A stretch of 64,000 nucleotides of DNA from Candidatus Hydrothermarchaeota archaeon (GTDB taxonomy: Archaea; CAYFZR01), in NCBI GenBank assembly GCA_046760505.1, contig JBHIEG010000008.1:1-64000 (forward strand), written 5' to 3'. Shown in pieces: positions 1-9,263 of this stretch. Every line of letters begins with the position of its first letter. Position 1 is the stretch's first letter. The position numbers were made by a program, and so were the translations under genes. The notes beneath the pieces are model-generated. The model ran no database searches. It worked only from the letters and a program-made list of their open reading frames with translations, and was not told the origin of the DNA.

Positions 1-696
1 ATAGATGCCTTCGTAGTGGTTTGTTCCCCTCATCTTAAGAATTTCCAAGGCTCTTCTCCTCTCGTTTCCTGTTTTGATGTAGTTGAGGATGATCACACCG
101 GAGGCTAAAAATTCTTCAACGTCAAAACTGCTGAACTTTTCGGATCCAACCCCCGATTCCGAGGTAAGTATGGATGTACAACCTGATTTCGTAACGGTCT
201 CATAAAATCCAAGTAGTTCCTGTCTTATATTTGCTTCACCTCTTAACTGAAACACTAAAGCAGAGGTAGTATCGATTACCACTCTCTCTGCATTGATCTC
301 CTCGAATCTTTTACTTATGATGTCCGAAACGGTATCTATTGAAAAATCTCTAGGAAAGAACGCATCCCCCGTGTACTGCGAATCTATAACGTACCTTCCC
401 TCCTCCATTCTGGTTGGAATCACGCTTAGTATTCTCAACTTATCTTTCTTTATGAGGTATTCCAGATTCCAGCCGAATCTGCTACTGTTCGCAATAATAT
501 CAGCGGGTCTTTCTTCGAAACTGATAAAGACGCCGGGTTCATCCCATTGCAGGGCGCCGTAATATAAAAATTGAAGCGAGAAAATGGATTTCCCGGTACC
601 AGGACCTCCGGAAACCAGAATTGTCTTGCCTCTTGGAAAACCACCTTCGATCATCTCGTCTAATCCCATGATACCAGTTTTTACCCTCTTTATCAT
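1..696 (-). CDS. KaiC/RAD55-family ATPase (partial, runs off left edge; not in ORF track)
   Basis: Manual minus-strand translation: MIKRVKTGIMGLDEMIEGGFPRGKTILVSGGPGTGKSIFSLQF...FISFEE...RVVIDT...RRALEILKMRGTNH; Walker A GPGTGKS and KaiC KMRG motif. Alternative ATG at 702. Confidence 0.9.
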   Translation of the reverse strand, partial: MIKRVKTGIMGLDEMIEGGFPRGKTILVSGGPGTGKSIFSLQFLYYGALQWDEPGVFISFEERPADIIANSSRFGWNLEYLIKKDKLRILSVIPTRMEEGRYVIDSQYTGDAFFPRDFSIDTVSDIISKRFEEINAERVVIDTTSALVFQLRGEANIRQELLGFYETVTKSGCTSILTSESGVGSEKFSSFDVEEFLASGVIILNYIKTGNERRRALEILKMRGTNHYEGIY

Positions 697-771
697 CCTC
701 ATCACATCTTAAAATACCTGGTTAAAACTGATACGACGTGAAATAAAGAAATTTCGAAAATGTAATTAAGT

Positions 772-1071
772 TTAAGGGGCGCCTAATCTTTTTATCTCAA
801 ATATCACAGTTCCTCCTTCTGTATAAGGCTCTCCAGGATCGACGCATTGGACATATGCTCTGTCCTTTTGCTTGGAAAGCCCTAACTCAATCGGATTTGC
901 ACCGGTTCTTAAGGCAACAATGTAATGCAGTAAGGGAGCCAACGCATGAGTGCATATAGAATCAGTTTCCTTTAAGTCTATCTCCGGACCTCTGATTATG
1001 ATTTTGTCCCCTAATTTATGGACCGGACACTTTCCCCTAATTTCTATTACGGTGATGCATAAATCATGCAT
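772..1071 (-). CDS. TIGR04076 family small Cys-containing protein
   Basis: GKCPVHKLGDKI...ICTHAL...VQCVDPG...GTVIFEI pattern; GGTGA RBS 4 nt before ATG. Confidence 0.75.
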   Translation of the reverse strand: MHDLCITVIEIRGKCPVHKLGDKIIIRGPEIDLKETDSICTHALAPLLHYIVALRTGANPIELGLSKQKDRAYVQCVDPGEPYTEGGTVIFEIKRLGAP

Positions 1072-1075
1072 GATA

Positions 1076-2095
1076 TCACCCAGTTATACTTCTGACCAAT
1101 TCGTATTCCTCTATCGTATTAACGAATGTCCCTATGTTGCCGAGTCTCACATTATTTAAAACAGGCTTTACAGAAAAATAAGCAGCAATCATCTCATATA
1201 ATGTCGGGGATCGAAGATTACTCAATTTATATGAAGGAAAAAAGGCTAATATGGTGAAGGGTATGTCCCTATCAACATCCCTCAATATATTTGCTATCTT
1301 CAAGATCTGGTCCTTTTCTACCATACCGGGAATATAAAGTGTAAGCACCTCAAACACAAAATCATTGTCTTTCAGTAAATAGGGAAGTTCAAGTATATTT
1401 TTGTTCGAAACACCTGTCAGTTTTTTATGTATCTCATCATCGAACGCCTTTATGTCAAGCCAAAAAGAATCCACACCGCTTTCTCTTAACCTCTCCAAGT
1501 TTTCTGGGGTCAACCCATATCCATTGGTCTCGATCAGTACCCATATATCATCTATTTCTTTTTTTATCAATTTAGTGCATTCCTCGTAGAATTCAGGTCT
1601 GCAAGTTATATCTCCGCCTGTAAAACCAACTATATTTCTGGCAGGGCCCCATCCTTGCGGACTCCAAACGATTTGCTCGGGATTAAGAGCTTTCGGGCAG
1701 TACTTAGATCTCTCTCCATATATACACCTTCCACAGGATAAACAGAGATCTTGCGCATGAAAAGCGGTTGCTCTATCTCGGGGCTCGTAGTAAGTAATAT
1801 CTTTGCTGTAATCCATCACTGTACTCACAATGTCATCTGGAGAAAGCCATTCACCACTTGCTTTTTGAGAAAATTCACTGGAATGACATTTTAAACAACT
1901 GAAGTTACACCCGCTTTGGTATATAGAAAGGTAGTGCTCGGGTCTGGAGAGATGGGCACCTTTTACTAGTCTATAAACCTTGTTATCAGCGTATCTTAAA
2001 GTGACTTGGCATGCTCTTCCTTTACTTCCATCTATATCAATGGTTAGGCAGCTTCCTCTTTCATATCCTTGTTTTATGAGATGACATTCACTCAT
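1076..2095 (-). CDS. Radical SAM protein (PFL-activating-enzyme-like)
   Basis: CNFSCLKC (CxxxCxxC), FTGGD, IETNG, LDIKAF motifs; extra Cys cluster CLSCGRC...YCP. Confidence 0.85.
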   Translation of the reverse strand: MSECHLIKQGYERGSCLTIDIDGSKGRACQVTLRYADNKVYRLVKGAHLSRPEHYLSIYQSGCNFSCLKCHSSEFSQKASGEWLSPDDIVSTVMDYSKDITYYEPRDRATAFHAQDLCLSCGRCIYGERSKYCPKALNPEQIVWSPQGWGPARNIVGFTGGDITCRPEFYEECTKLIKKEIDDIWVLIETNGYGLTPENLERLRESGVDSFWLDIKAFDDEIHKKLTGVSNKNILELPYLLKDNDFVFEVLTLYIPGMVEKDQILKIANILRDVDRDIPFTILAFFPSYKLSNLRSPTLYEMIAAYFSVKPVLNNVRLGNIGTFVNTIEEYELVRSITG

Positions 2096-2726
2096 ATTCT
2101 AATACTACTATTTTAGGGACTTCGGGTAATGTTTCTCTCTCCACGATTAGTTTCTTCGTTCTCTCGACCTCTGTCTTGTTTTCAAGAAACTTGTTTAGCG
2201 GCTCAATTGGCAGGGTTACGACTTCTGTTTTATAGTGCATTGGAACGATTATCTTTGGAGTAAGTTGCTCTATTACTTTATCTGCTTCTCTCGCATTTAT
2301 CGTAAAGGTTCCGCCTACAGGTATAAAGAGAACGTCAACTTCTCCGATGTCTCTGATTTGATTTTCATCTAGAATATGCCCGAGATCGCCAAGGTGGCAA
2401 AATCTAACTCCATCAACTTCAAATACGAAAACCGTGTTTTTTCCCCGCATTCTACCTTTTGAATCATCATGAAATGTCTCAATACCCTTAAATTCAATAT
2501 TTTTCGCTTTTTTCTTTCCTTCCCCTTTAATTACGGATGGTTTTCCCTTTAAAACCTTTACTTTGTTGTGATCGAAGTGATCATGGCTTACAAGCGCGAT
2601 ATCTGCTTCCACTTCCGGAGTTCTATATCCGACGTCTTTCTGTGAAAAAGGATCCGTGACAATGCATATACCTTCTCTGTCTGTAATTTTAAAACAAGCA
2701 TGTCCTAACCATTCTATTTCGGCCAT
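2088..2726 (-). CDS. MBL-fold Zn-dependent hydrolase
   Basis: WLGHACF, SHDHFDH, HLGDLG, IPVGG, PMHY motifs. Confidence 0.9.
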   Translation of the reverse strand: MAEIEWLGHACFKITDREGICIVTDPFSQKDVGYRTPEVEADIALVSHDHFDHNKVKVLKGKPSVIKGEGKKKAKNIEFKGIETFHDDSKGRMRGKNTVFVFEVDGVRFCHLGDLGHILDENQIRDIGEVDVLFIPVGGTFTINAREADKVIEQLTPKIIVPMHYKTEVVTLPIEPLNKFLENKTEVERTKKLIVERETLPEVPKIVVLEYE

Positions 2727-2760
2727 ATTAAACCCCTAATTTATAATACATTTTATATTT

Positions 2761-3105
2761 TTATATATATCTTGACAGTACTGGTATTTCTGTTTTTTCT
2801 CCCAAAAAAGCCTTTATGGCCAGGAACAAATAAATCGCCGTCCCGGCTATTGCAACAATAAGCCACCCAACTCCTAAAAGAAGCCAAACCAACCATCCAA
2901 GGAGTGGAATCTTAATGAATATCGCTCCAAGTATAGTTAAGATAACATAAACTCCCATCAATATGATGCCGAGTGCAATGCTTTGTCTGGCATGAAATCT
3001 GCAAAAATCGCTTTCTGGTTTTAGGAAATATACAACTATGCCGCCTATTAATCCAAGTGGAAAATATGCAAGGAGTCCGAGCAGTTTTTCGTCCTCAGAT
3101 ACTAT
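2761..3105 (-). CDS. DUF4870-like small membrane protein (probable ATA start; ORF track starts at 3150)
   Basis: LLAYF..IGGIVVYFLKPESDFCRFHARQSI plus hydrophobic helices ending KAFLGEKTEIPV; GGAGGTGA at 3117-3110 lies 4 nt before ATA. Confidence 0.75.
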   Translation of the reverse strand: MVSEDEKLLGLLAYFPLGLIGGIVVYFLKPESDFCRFHARQSIALGIILMGVYVILTILGAIFIKIPLLGWLVWLLLGVGWLIVAIAGTAIYLFLAIKAFLGEKTEIPVLSRYI

Positions 3106-3163
3106 AGAATCACCTCCTTGTTCATTATTGGTAATCTGAATATATAACATTTTATCCCATCGC

Positions 3164-3766
3164 TCAATAAAAGATAAGCAACAAGAACACCATTATTGGA
3201 GTCATAAAGATTGATATTCCCAGAGAATAACCAAATTTAGTCGAATATTCAGAAAAAGAAAGTCTATACGCGATGTGGAATCCATCCGTCTCCTTACTTA
3301 TCAGAGATGATATCAAATAAAACATAAGAGAAACAAAGGCAAAACAACCTAAAAAGCCACTATTAAGAATATTTGAAAAAACATTCGCTAAAATGGAAAA
3401 TAAAAGATTAAATGTAGGACCTGCAGAATATATTTTTAGAATAGTCAGCATGTCTGCATTATCAAACGATTTTTCGTCAAATTCAATGCCGAACCCCTTC
3501 CAAAATAATTTGAAATTCTTGATTTTTACATTTTCGATGGAAGCAACTATAATATGCCCGGCTTCATGAACAAAAAAAGATAGTACAAAGGAGACAAGTA
3601 AATAGAAGAGGGATGCCGAGAAATTTATCGTTTTAAGCATGATTATAAAAATACTTATGGATAAAACGGGAAATATACTCAAGACGTTCAGCAAGCAGAT
3701 TAATCCAAGCAAATTTAAAACAGCATTGTATCTTATCGCCGATCCCGAATAAATTATATATCTCAT
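3164..3766 (-). CDS. Site-2 protease / M50-family membrane metallopeptidase
   Basis: Hydrophobic protein with HEAGH zinc motif, downstream AGP.FN and TDG motifs. Confidence 0.7.
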   Translation of the reverse strand: MRYIIYSGSAIRYNAVLNLLGLICLLNVLSIFPVLSISIFIIMLKTINFSASLFYLLVSFVLSFFVHEAGHIIVASIENVKIKNFKLFWKGFGIEFDEKSFDNADMLTILKIYSAGPTFNLLFSILANVFSNILNSGFLGCFAFVSLMFYLISSLISKETDGFHIAYRLSFSEYSTKFGYSLGISIFMTPIMVFLLLIFY

Positions 3767-3790
3767 CGATGATATGTGTATTGGATCAGA

Positions 3791-3863
3791 AGCCCGGTGG
3801 TGTAGCGGTCAATCATAGGGGACTCTGGATCCCTTGACGGCGGTTCGAATCCGCCCCGGGCTA
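3791..3863 (+). tRNA. tRNA-Gln (anticodon CTG)
   Basis: Acceptor AGCCCGG/CCGGGCT + discriminator A, anticodon loop CTCTGGA, T arm GGCGG-TTCGAAT-CCGCC; A1-U72 typical of archaeal tRNA-Gln; TATA-like TTATATAT about 28 nt upstream; CCA not encoded. Confidence 0.97.
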
Positions 3864-4139
3864 CTATTTCTTCAGTTTTTGTAACTGGGGAGACGCTCCG
3901 AGTTACAGGATTGCAATGGAAGTGATGAGAAGTGAAGGCGGGTTTTAAAAAGGGAGAATAAAATTCCATCGTTTCTTTTTATTTTAAGTGAAATGCACTA
4001 GGTGTAAAATTTATATGGAGAGATTTGAGGTGGTTAATTACTAAACATATTTTTTAAGATTTTTATAGCAATTTTCTGGGAAATTATAACATATTTATAT
4101 CCAAAATCGAGATATACCAATTGTAACATAGTTTAATTG

Positions 4140-6458
4140 ATGCTGAAGTCAGTAAGGATAATTGTAACTGGAATTGTCCAAGCAGTGGGCTTTAGACCAT
4201 TTATTTATCGAATTGCCAAGAAAAATAAACTCAATGGATTCGTAAGGAACATTGGAAATGCGGTAGAAATCTCTGTTACAGGAGAAGAAGATGATATACA
4301 CTGGTTCATATCGGAAATAAAAAACGATCATCCTCCTCTAGCGGAGATAGATAACATAGTGGTTGAAGAAATTGATAAAAAAGAATTTTTTGAGTTCGAG
4401 ATTGTAGAGAGCAAGCCCAAGTTCCTTGCTACTGATTCAATGATACCATCTGACATTGCGATATGCAATGAATGTTTGAGAGAATTATTCGATCCAAAAG
4501 ACAGGAGATATGGATATCCATTTACCGTTTGCACAAACTGTGGTCCCAGATTCACCATAATAAAGGGAATTCCTTACGATAGAAAATTTACCACTATGGT
4601 TGAATTCCCAATGTGTAAATCTTGCAATGGGGAGTACACAGATCCTTTAGATAGAAGGTATCATGCGGAGCCAATTGCCTGCTGGGATTGCGGTCCTCTT
4701 GTCTTTCTCTTGGACAGTGAGGAGAAAGAGGTATCTCAGGATTTATCAGAGGTTACTAAACTCGTAGATGAGGGGAATATAGTCGCGATCAAGGGAATAG
4801 GAGGCTTTCATATAGCATGCAAGACAAGTGATGACGAAGTCGTTCTAAAATTAAGAAAAAAATTGAACAGAATGGAACAGCCCTTCGCAATTATGGCAAA
4901 GGATTTAGATTCAATAAAAAAATTCGCGGAAATAGATGAAATTGAAAAAAATGAAATAGAATCTATAAGCAGACCTATAGTTGTATTGAATAAGAAAGAT
5001 CCTTTTTTACTATCTGATTACGTTGCCCCGGGATTGCATACAATTGGTGTGATGTTGCCATACTCGGGACTGCACCACTTACTCATGAAAAATACAAGAG
5101 AACTCGCCTGGATCATGACAAGTGCCAATTTTCCCGGTGAACCCATGATCACTAGCCAGGATGAGGCTATAAAAAGGTTAAGTGGAGTAGCAGATTATTT
5201 CCTTGTACATAACAGAGAGATAGCGAACAGATGCGATGATTCCGTAATAAGATTTGTAGATAAGAAGAGGACTTTTTTAAGAAGATCAAGGGGTTTTGTC
5301 CCCAGACAAATTAATTTAGAATTAGAGTTTCCAACCGTGATTGGACTTGGAGCTGAATTAGACGTTACTTTAGCTATTTTAAAGAAAAAAAGGTGTTATC
5401 TATCTCAGCACATAGGAGATACATCTCGTGTTAGCACGCTAGAATTTTTAAAATCTGCCCTAGAACACATGATGAAGATAACAGACGTCAAGGAATACGA
5501 AGCGATTGCATGTGACATGCATCCAAGTTTCAATACCACAAAATATGCGTTTGAGCTCTCCCAAAAGGTTGTTCAGGTTCAACATCACCACGCTCATATA
5601 GTTTCACTTATGGCAGAGAAAAAAGTATCTGAACCATTAATTGGTATTGCATGCGATGGGATGGGTTATGGAACAGACGGAATATGGGGTGGGGAGATAA
5701 TACTCTCAAGTTTAGATGATTTTGAGAGACTTGCTTCTTTAACTCCATATCCATTGATAGGAGGAGATTTAGCGACTAGATACCCTAGCAGGATTCTGCT
5801 TGGAATTTTAAACGATGTTGTTGAGAGAAGTAAAATAGAGAAGTACTTTGAAAGTGTAAATTACACGGGATTTAAGTACGGAAAAAAGGAATTTGAAATC
5901 TGTTTAAGACAGTTAGACAATAATATAAATGTTTTTCAGTCAACAAGTATGGGAAGAGTTTTAGATTCTATTTCTGCTTTATTAAACGTGTGTTTGGTGA
6001 GAACCTACGAGGGAGAACCAGCGATGAAACTGGAGTCTTATGCAAGAAAGGGAGAACCAAAAATTAAGCTACCGATAGAGTTTCGCAAAATTGATGGAAT
6101 AAGAAGACTAGATGTGAGCTTAATTTTAAAGGAGATATTTGAAAGTAAATCAAGACCTAGAGATCTTGCTGCCTCAGCTCAAAAAACACTTGCAGAGGGA
6201 CTTGCTATACTAGCTGGCGAGTTTTCAGAAAAATATGGTTTCGCAGCAGGTATGAGTGGAGGAGTTGCTTACAATGAAAGTATAGTAAGAACTATAAGAG
6301 AATACCTTGAAGAAGAAAGGATAAAGTTCTATACCCACACACTTGTACCTTCTGGAGACGGTGGATTGGCTCTTGGACAATCCGTTGTGGCTGGAGCAAA
6401 GATTCTAAATGAAAAGAATTACATTCTTTCAATGCCTAAATCATCTAGAATCAGTTGA
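4140..6458 (+). CDS. hypF: Carbamoyltransferase HypF
   Basis: Acylphosphatase N-terminus GIVQAVGFRPF, Zn fingers CTNCGPRF and CWDCGP, KGIGGFH, HHHAH, DGGLALGQ. Confidence 0.97.
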   Translation: MLKSVRIIVTGIVQAVGFRPFIYRIAKKNKLNGFVRNIGNAVEISVTGEEDDIHWFISEIKNDHPPLAEIDNIVVEEIDKKEFFEFEIVESKPKFLATDSMIPSDIAICNECLRELFDPKDRRYGYPFTVCTNCGPRFTIIKGIPYDRKFTTMVEFPMCKSCNGEYTDPLDRRYHAEPIACWDCGPLVFLLDSEEKEVSQDLSEVTKLVDEGNIVAIKGIGGFHIACKTSDDEVVLKLRKKLNRMEQPFAIMAKDLDSIKKFAEIDEIEKNEIESISRPIVVLNKKDPFLLSDYVAPGLHTIGVMLPYSGLHHLLMKNTRELAWIMTSANFPGEPMITSQDEAIKRLSGVADYFLVHNREIANRCDDSVIRFVDKKRTFLRRSRGFVPRQINLELEFPTVIGLGAELDVTLAILKKKRCYLSQHIGDTSRVSTLEFLKSALEHMMKITDVKEYEAIACDMHPSFNTTKYAFELSQKVVQVQHHHAHIVSLMAEKKVSEPLIGIACDGMGYGTDGIWGGEIILSSLDDFERLASLTPYPLIGGDLATRYPSRILLGILNDVVERSKIEKYFESVNYTGFKYGKKEFEICLRQLDNNINVFQSTSMGRVLDSISALLNVCLVRTYEGEPAMKLESYARKGEPKIKLPIEFRKIDGIRRLDVSLILKEIFESKSRPRDLAASAQKTLAEGLAILAGEFSEKYGFAAGMSGGVAYNESIVRTIREYLEEERIKFYTHTLVPSGDGGLALGQSVVAGAKILNEKNYILSMPKSSRIS

Positions 6459-6886
6459 ATGACCCTTGGAATTGATTCTTCGACTTTTTGCGTGCATTTT
6501 TCATCAAATGTTGTGCAGTCCTCTATCTCTATCGCATAAATAATAATGTCCTCAGGCATTCTTTCTTCCATGAGGATTCTTCCGGTTTCCAAGACAGTTG
6601 GTAAGTCCAAAACATGAGTTGATCTTATATTTTGTGATTTAGGAAGTTCTTGAGGCTTTAGCCTGTAAATTTCCCCAGGCTCTCCTTCTTCAGTCTTTAT
6701 CGCATCTACGATGATGACTCTTTGATAATCGATAATGAAATCAAGTAAATCTAATCCCGCAACGCTTGCTTCACTTACATAAATGTTATCTGGAAGATTT
6801 AATTCCCTCATTTTTCTTATTACATGAATTCCAACACCGTCATCTCTTAGAAGTGGATTTCCTATTCCAAGTATTAAAGTTTTCAT
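6419..6886 (-). CDS. [NiFe]-hydrogenase maturation protease (HycI/HybD family)
   Basis: LGIGNPLLRDDGVG, IIVDA, STH motifs; overlaps hypD stop. Confidence 0.93.
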   Translation of the reverse strand: MKTLILGIGNPLLRDDGVGIHVIRKMRELNLPDNIYVSEASVAGLDLLDFIIDYQRVIIVDAIKTEEGEPGEIYRLKPQELPKSQNIRSTHVLDLPTVLETGRILMEERMPEDIIIYAIEIEDCTTFDEKCTQKVEESIPRVIQLILDDLGIERM

Positions 6887-7959
6887 GAAACCACTTCGTA
6901 CTTATAGGCTACCTGGCAACTCCCTTCAACTGAGACCATGCATGGGCCTAAAGGAGTTACAGGAGTGCATCTTTCACCAAATAATTTACACTCATGTGGC
7001 TTTTTGTTTCCTCTCAAAATTTCTCCGCAGAGGCATTCTTTATAAAAATGGGGTGCTTCTTGGAACTCTATATCAAATTTTTCCAAAGTATCGTATTTTT
7101 TATATCTTTCTTTAAGTTTAAAAGAAGCATTTGGAATCACAGGAAAACCTCTCCATCTCCGAGATTCTACATCGAATACCTTTTCCATCATTTTTTTTGC
7201 ACGTACATTCCCTTTTTGCCTGACAGATCTCTTGTACTCGTTGAATACAGAGTTGTCTTTTTCCTTAAGCATCTTCAATATCTTTAATATACTAAGTAAA
7301 ACATCGTTTGGCTCAAATCCTGTAATTGCCTGCGGGATCTTGTATTTCTCTGAAATGGGTATGTAAGGTTCAACCCCAATAATAGTAGAGACATGTCCCG
7401 GCTCTATGAGGGCATCTAACTTAATTTCTTCGGTATCAAGTAAAAAATCTATTGCTGGGGGGATTAATCTGTGAGAACATATTATAGAGAAATTTTCTGG
7501 TAAATTTTTCATTAGAATACTTGCTGTAGAAGGAGCAGTGGTCTCAAACCCTATTGCAGAGAATATGACCTCCTCTTTAGAATTTTTTGCCTGTTTCAGT
7601 GCATCTAGTGGCGAATAAACTACTCTTATATCACCGCCCATTCCCCTCGCATTATATAATGACATCTCACTTCCCGGAACCCTTAATAAATCACCGTAAA
7701 CAAATATCCTATTTCCTTCTAAGGCTAGCTTAATCGCAACATCTATTTCTTCTGGAGGTGTTATACAAACAGGACATCCTGGTCCGGCTACAACCTCTAT
7801 GTTTTGCGGAAGCAGTGAGCGTAGACCGAATCTAGCTATAGTATCCTCATGAGTACCGCAAACATGCATTATTCTTACAGAATCAAATTCTTTCGAGAGG
7901 TCATTTATTTTTTCAATAAGCAATCTGCTTATTCTTTCATCTCGGTAATAATCTAGCAT
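6883..7959 (-). CDS. hypD: Hydrogenase formation protein HypD
   Basis: HVCGTHE, GPGCPVC, GFETTAP, PGHVS, GPCMVSVEGSC. Confidence 0.97.
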   Translation of the reverse strand: MLDYYRDERISRLLIEKINDLSKEFDSVRIMHVCGTHEDTIARFGLRSLLPQNIEVVAGPGCPVCITPPEEIDVAIKLALEGNRIFVYGDLLRVPGSEMSLYNARGMGGDIRVVYSPLDALKQAKNSKEEVIFSAIGFETTAPSTASILMKNLPENFSIICSHRLIPPAIDFLLDTEEIKLDALIEPGHVSTIIGVEPYIPISEKYKIPQAITGFEPNDVLLSILKILKMLKEKDNSVFNEYKRSVRQKGNVRAKKMMEKVFDVESRRWRGFPVIPNASFKLKERYKKYDTLEKFDIEFQEAPHFYKECLCGEILRGNKKPHECKLFGERCTPVTPLGPCMVSVEGSCQVAYKYEVVS

Positions 7960-8177
7960 TATATGGTCTCCAAAAGTTCTTTCCAGAGTTCTAATGAGTC
8001 CAGTGCTTCTTCCTTTGATAAAATCTGAATAGCATAGCCAACGTGAACTATTACATAGTCCCCTGGTTCTACTCTTTCGAGAAGAGAGGTATCAACTTCT
8101 CTTAGCACGCCACCAATATCTACCAATGCCTTATTGTCCCTTATTTCTTTCACCAGTCCGGGTATCGCGAGACACAA
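7959..8177 (-). CDS. hypC: Hydrogenase chaperone HypC (TTG start giving the required N-terminal MCLAIPG)
   Basis: CLAIPG...GDYVIVHVGYAI; TTG at 8177 directly precedes the Cys (ORF track starts at 8204). Confidence 0.95.
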   Translation of the reverse strand: MCLAIPGLVKEIRDNKALVDIGGVLREVDTSLLERVEPGDYVIVHVGYAIQILSKEEALDSLELWKELLETI

Positions 8178-8244
8178 ATATAACAAACCCAAAGAATATG
8201 ACATCGAACCAATATTTATAAGATATTATCGAGTAGGTGGGGTT

Positions 8245-9255
8245 ATGAAGATCACCTTAGCTCATGGTTCAGGTGGAGAACTCACAAACAGACTTATTGA
8301 AAGGGTAATAATGAAAAAAATTAAACTCAAAGAATTTAAAGAAGGAATTGGCATCCCTGCCTTGGACGATGGAGCAAGCATACCATTTGATGAGTTTGAT
8401 ATTGTTTTGACAACAGATTCCCATACAGTTAAACCAATATTTTTTCCCGGTGGAGATATAGGAAAACTCTCTGTCTGTGGTACAATCAACGATCTTGCAG
8501 TAATGGGGGCCAAACCCATGGCAATTCTATCTTCTTTTGTTATAGAAGAAGGATTCGAAGTTTCTGATTTAGAAAAGATTCTTTCATCCATGGACAGTGT
8601 TAGCAAGGCTTTAAATGTCCCTATTATTGGTGGAGACACCAAGGTTATGGGAAAGGGAGAATTAGACGAAATAATCATAACAACAACAGGAATAGGTATA
8701 GCAAACAAAAAATCCCTCACTTTGGATTCAAATGTAAGGATCGGGGACAAGATAATTTTATCAGGCACAATAGGAGACCATGGAATAGCTATTTTAACAA
8801 GCAGAGAAGGTTTTGAGGTAGAAGGGGAAATAAAATCCGATCTGAATGAGATTTGGACGATGGTAGAGGGAGTAATTGATAAGGTAAATGCAATGAAAGA
8901 TCCTACCAGAGGTGGGCTTTCAGCTGCATTAATAGACTTTGCATCCAAGTCAAATGTAGGAATAGAAATATTTGAGGATAGAATACCTATAAAGAAAGAA
9001 GTAAAATCTATATGCGAGATGCTGGGATTGAATCCTTATGACCTTACGAATGAAGGCAAAGTGGTTATAGCAGTAAGTCCTGAAAATGCAGATTCCGTTT
9101 TAGAACATCTTAGGTCAACTTATCAAGGAAAAGAAGCACAGATTATTGGCGAAGCAACAGATACCTATGCTGGAAAGGTAATATTGAATACCGTAGTAGG
9201 AGGGAAAAGATTTCTGGAAAGACCAATTGGAGACCCGATTCCCAGGATCTGTTAA
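8245..9255 (+). CDS. hypE: Carbamoyl dehydratase HypE
   Basis: LAHGSGG, TTDSHTV.PIFFPGGDIG, GGDTKV, KDPTRGG, C-terminal PRIC; ATG at 8245 after GGTGGGG. Confidence 0.97.
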   Translation: MKITLAHGSGGELTNRLIERVIMKKIKLKEFKEGIGIPALDDGASIPFDEFDIVLTTDSHTVKPIFFPGGDIGKLSVCGTINDLAVMGAKPMAILSSFVIEEGFEVSDLEKILSSMDSVSKALNVPIIGGDTKVMGKGELDEIIITTTGIGIANKKSLTLDSNVRIGDKIILSGTIGDHGIAILTSREGFEVEGEIKSDLNEIWTMVEGVIDKVNAMKDPTRGGLSAALIDFASKSNVGIEIFEDRIPIKKEVKSICEMLGLNPYDLTNEGKVVIAVSPENADSVLEHLRSTYQGKEAQIIGEATDTYAGKVILNTVVGGKRFLERPIGDPIPRIC

Positions 9256-9263
9256 TTTTTTTT

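Noticed and set aside
3791-3863. tRNA as integration site of a mobile element
   Set aside because: No integrase gene and no duplicate of the tRNA 3' end noticed in the window; flanking genes are housekeeping.
3763-3969. 68-aa minus-strand ORF
   Set aside because: It is the antisense reading of tRNA-Gln (ARGGFEPP is the typical tRNA shadow).
8262-8948. 228-aa antisense ORF inside hypE (and the many similar Ser/Ile/Phe-rich shadow ORFs in the track)
   Set aside because: Fully overlap confidently identified genes on the other strand or frame and have no recognisable motifs.
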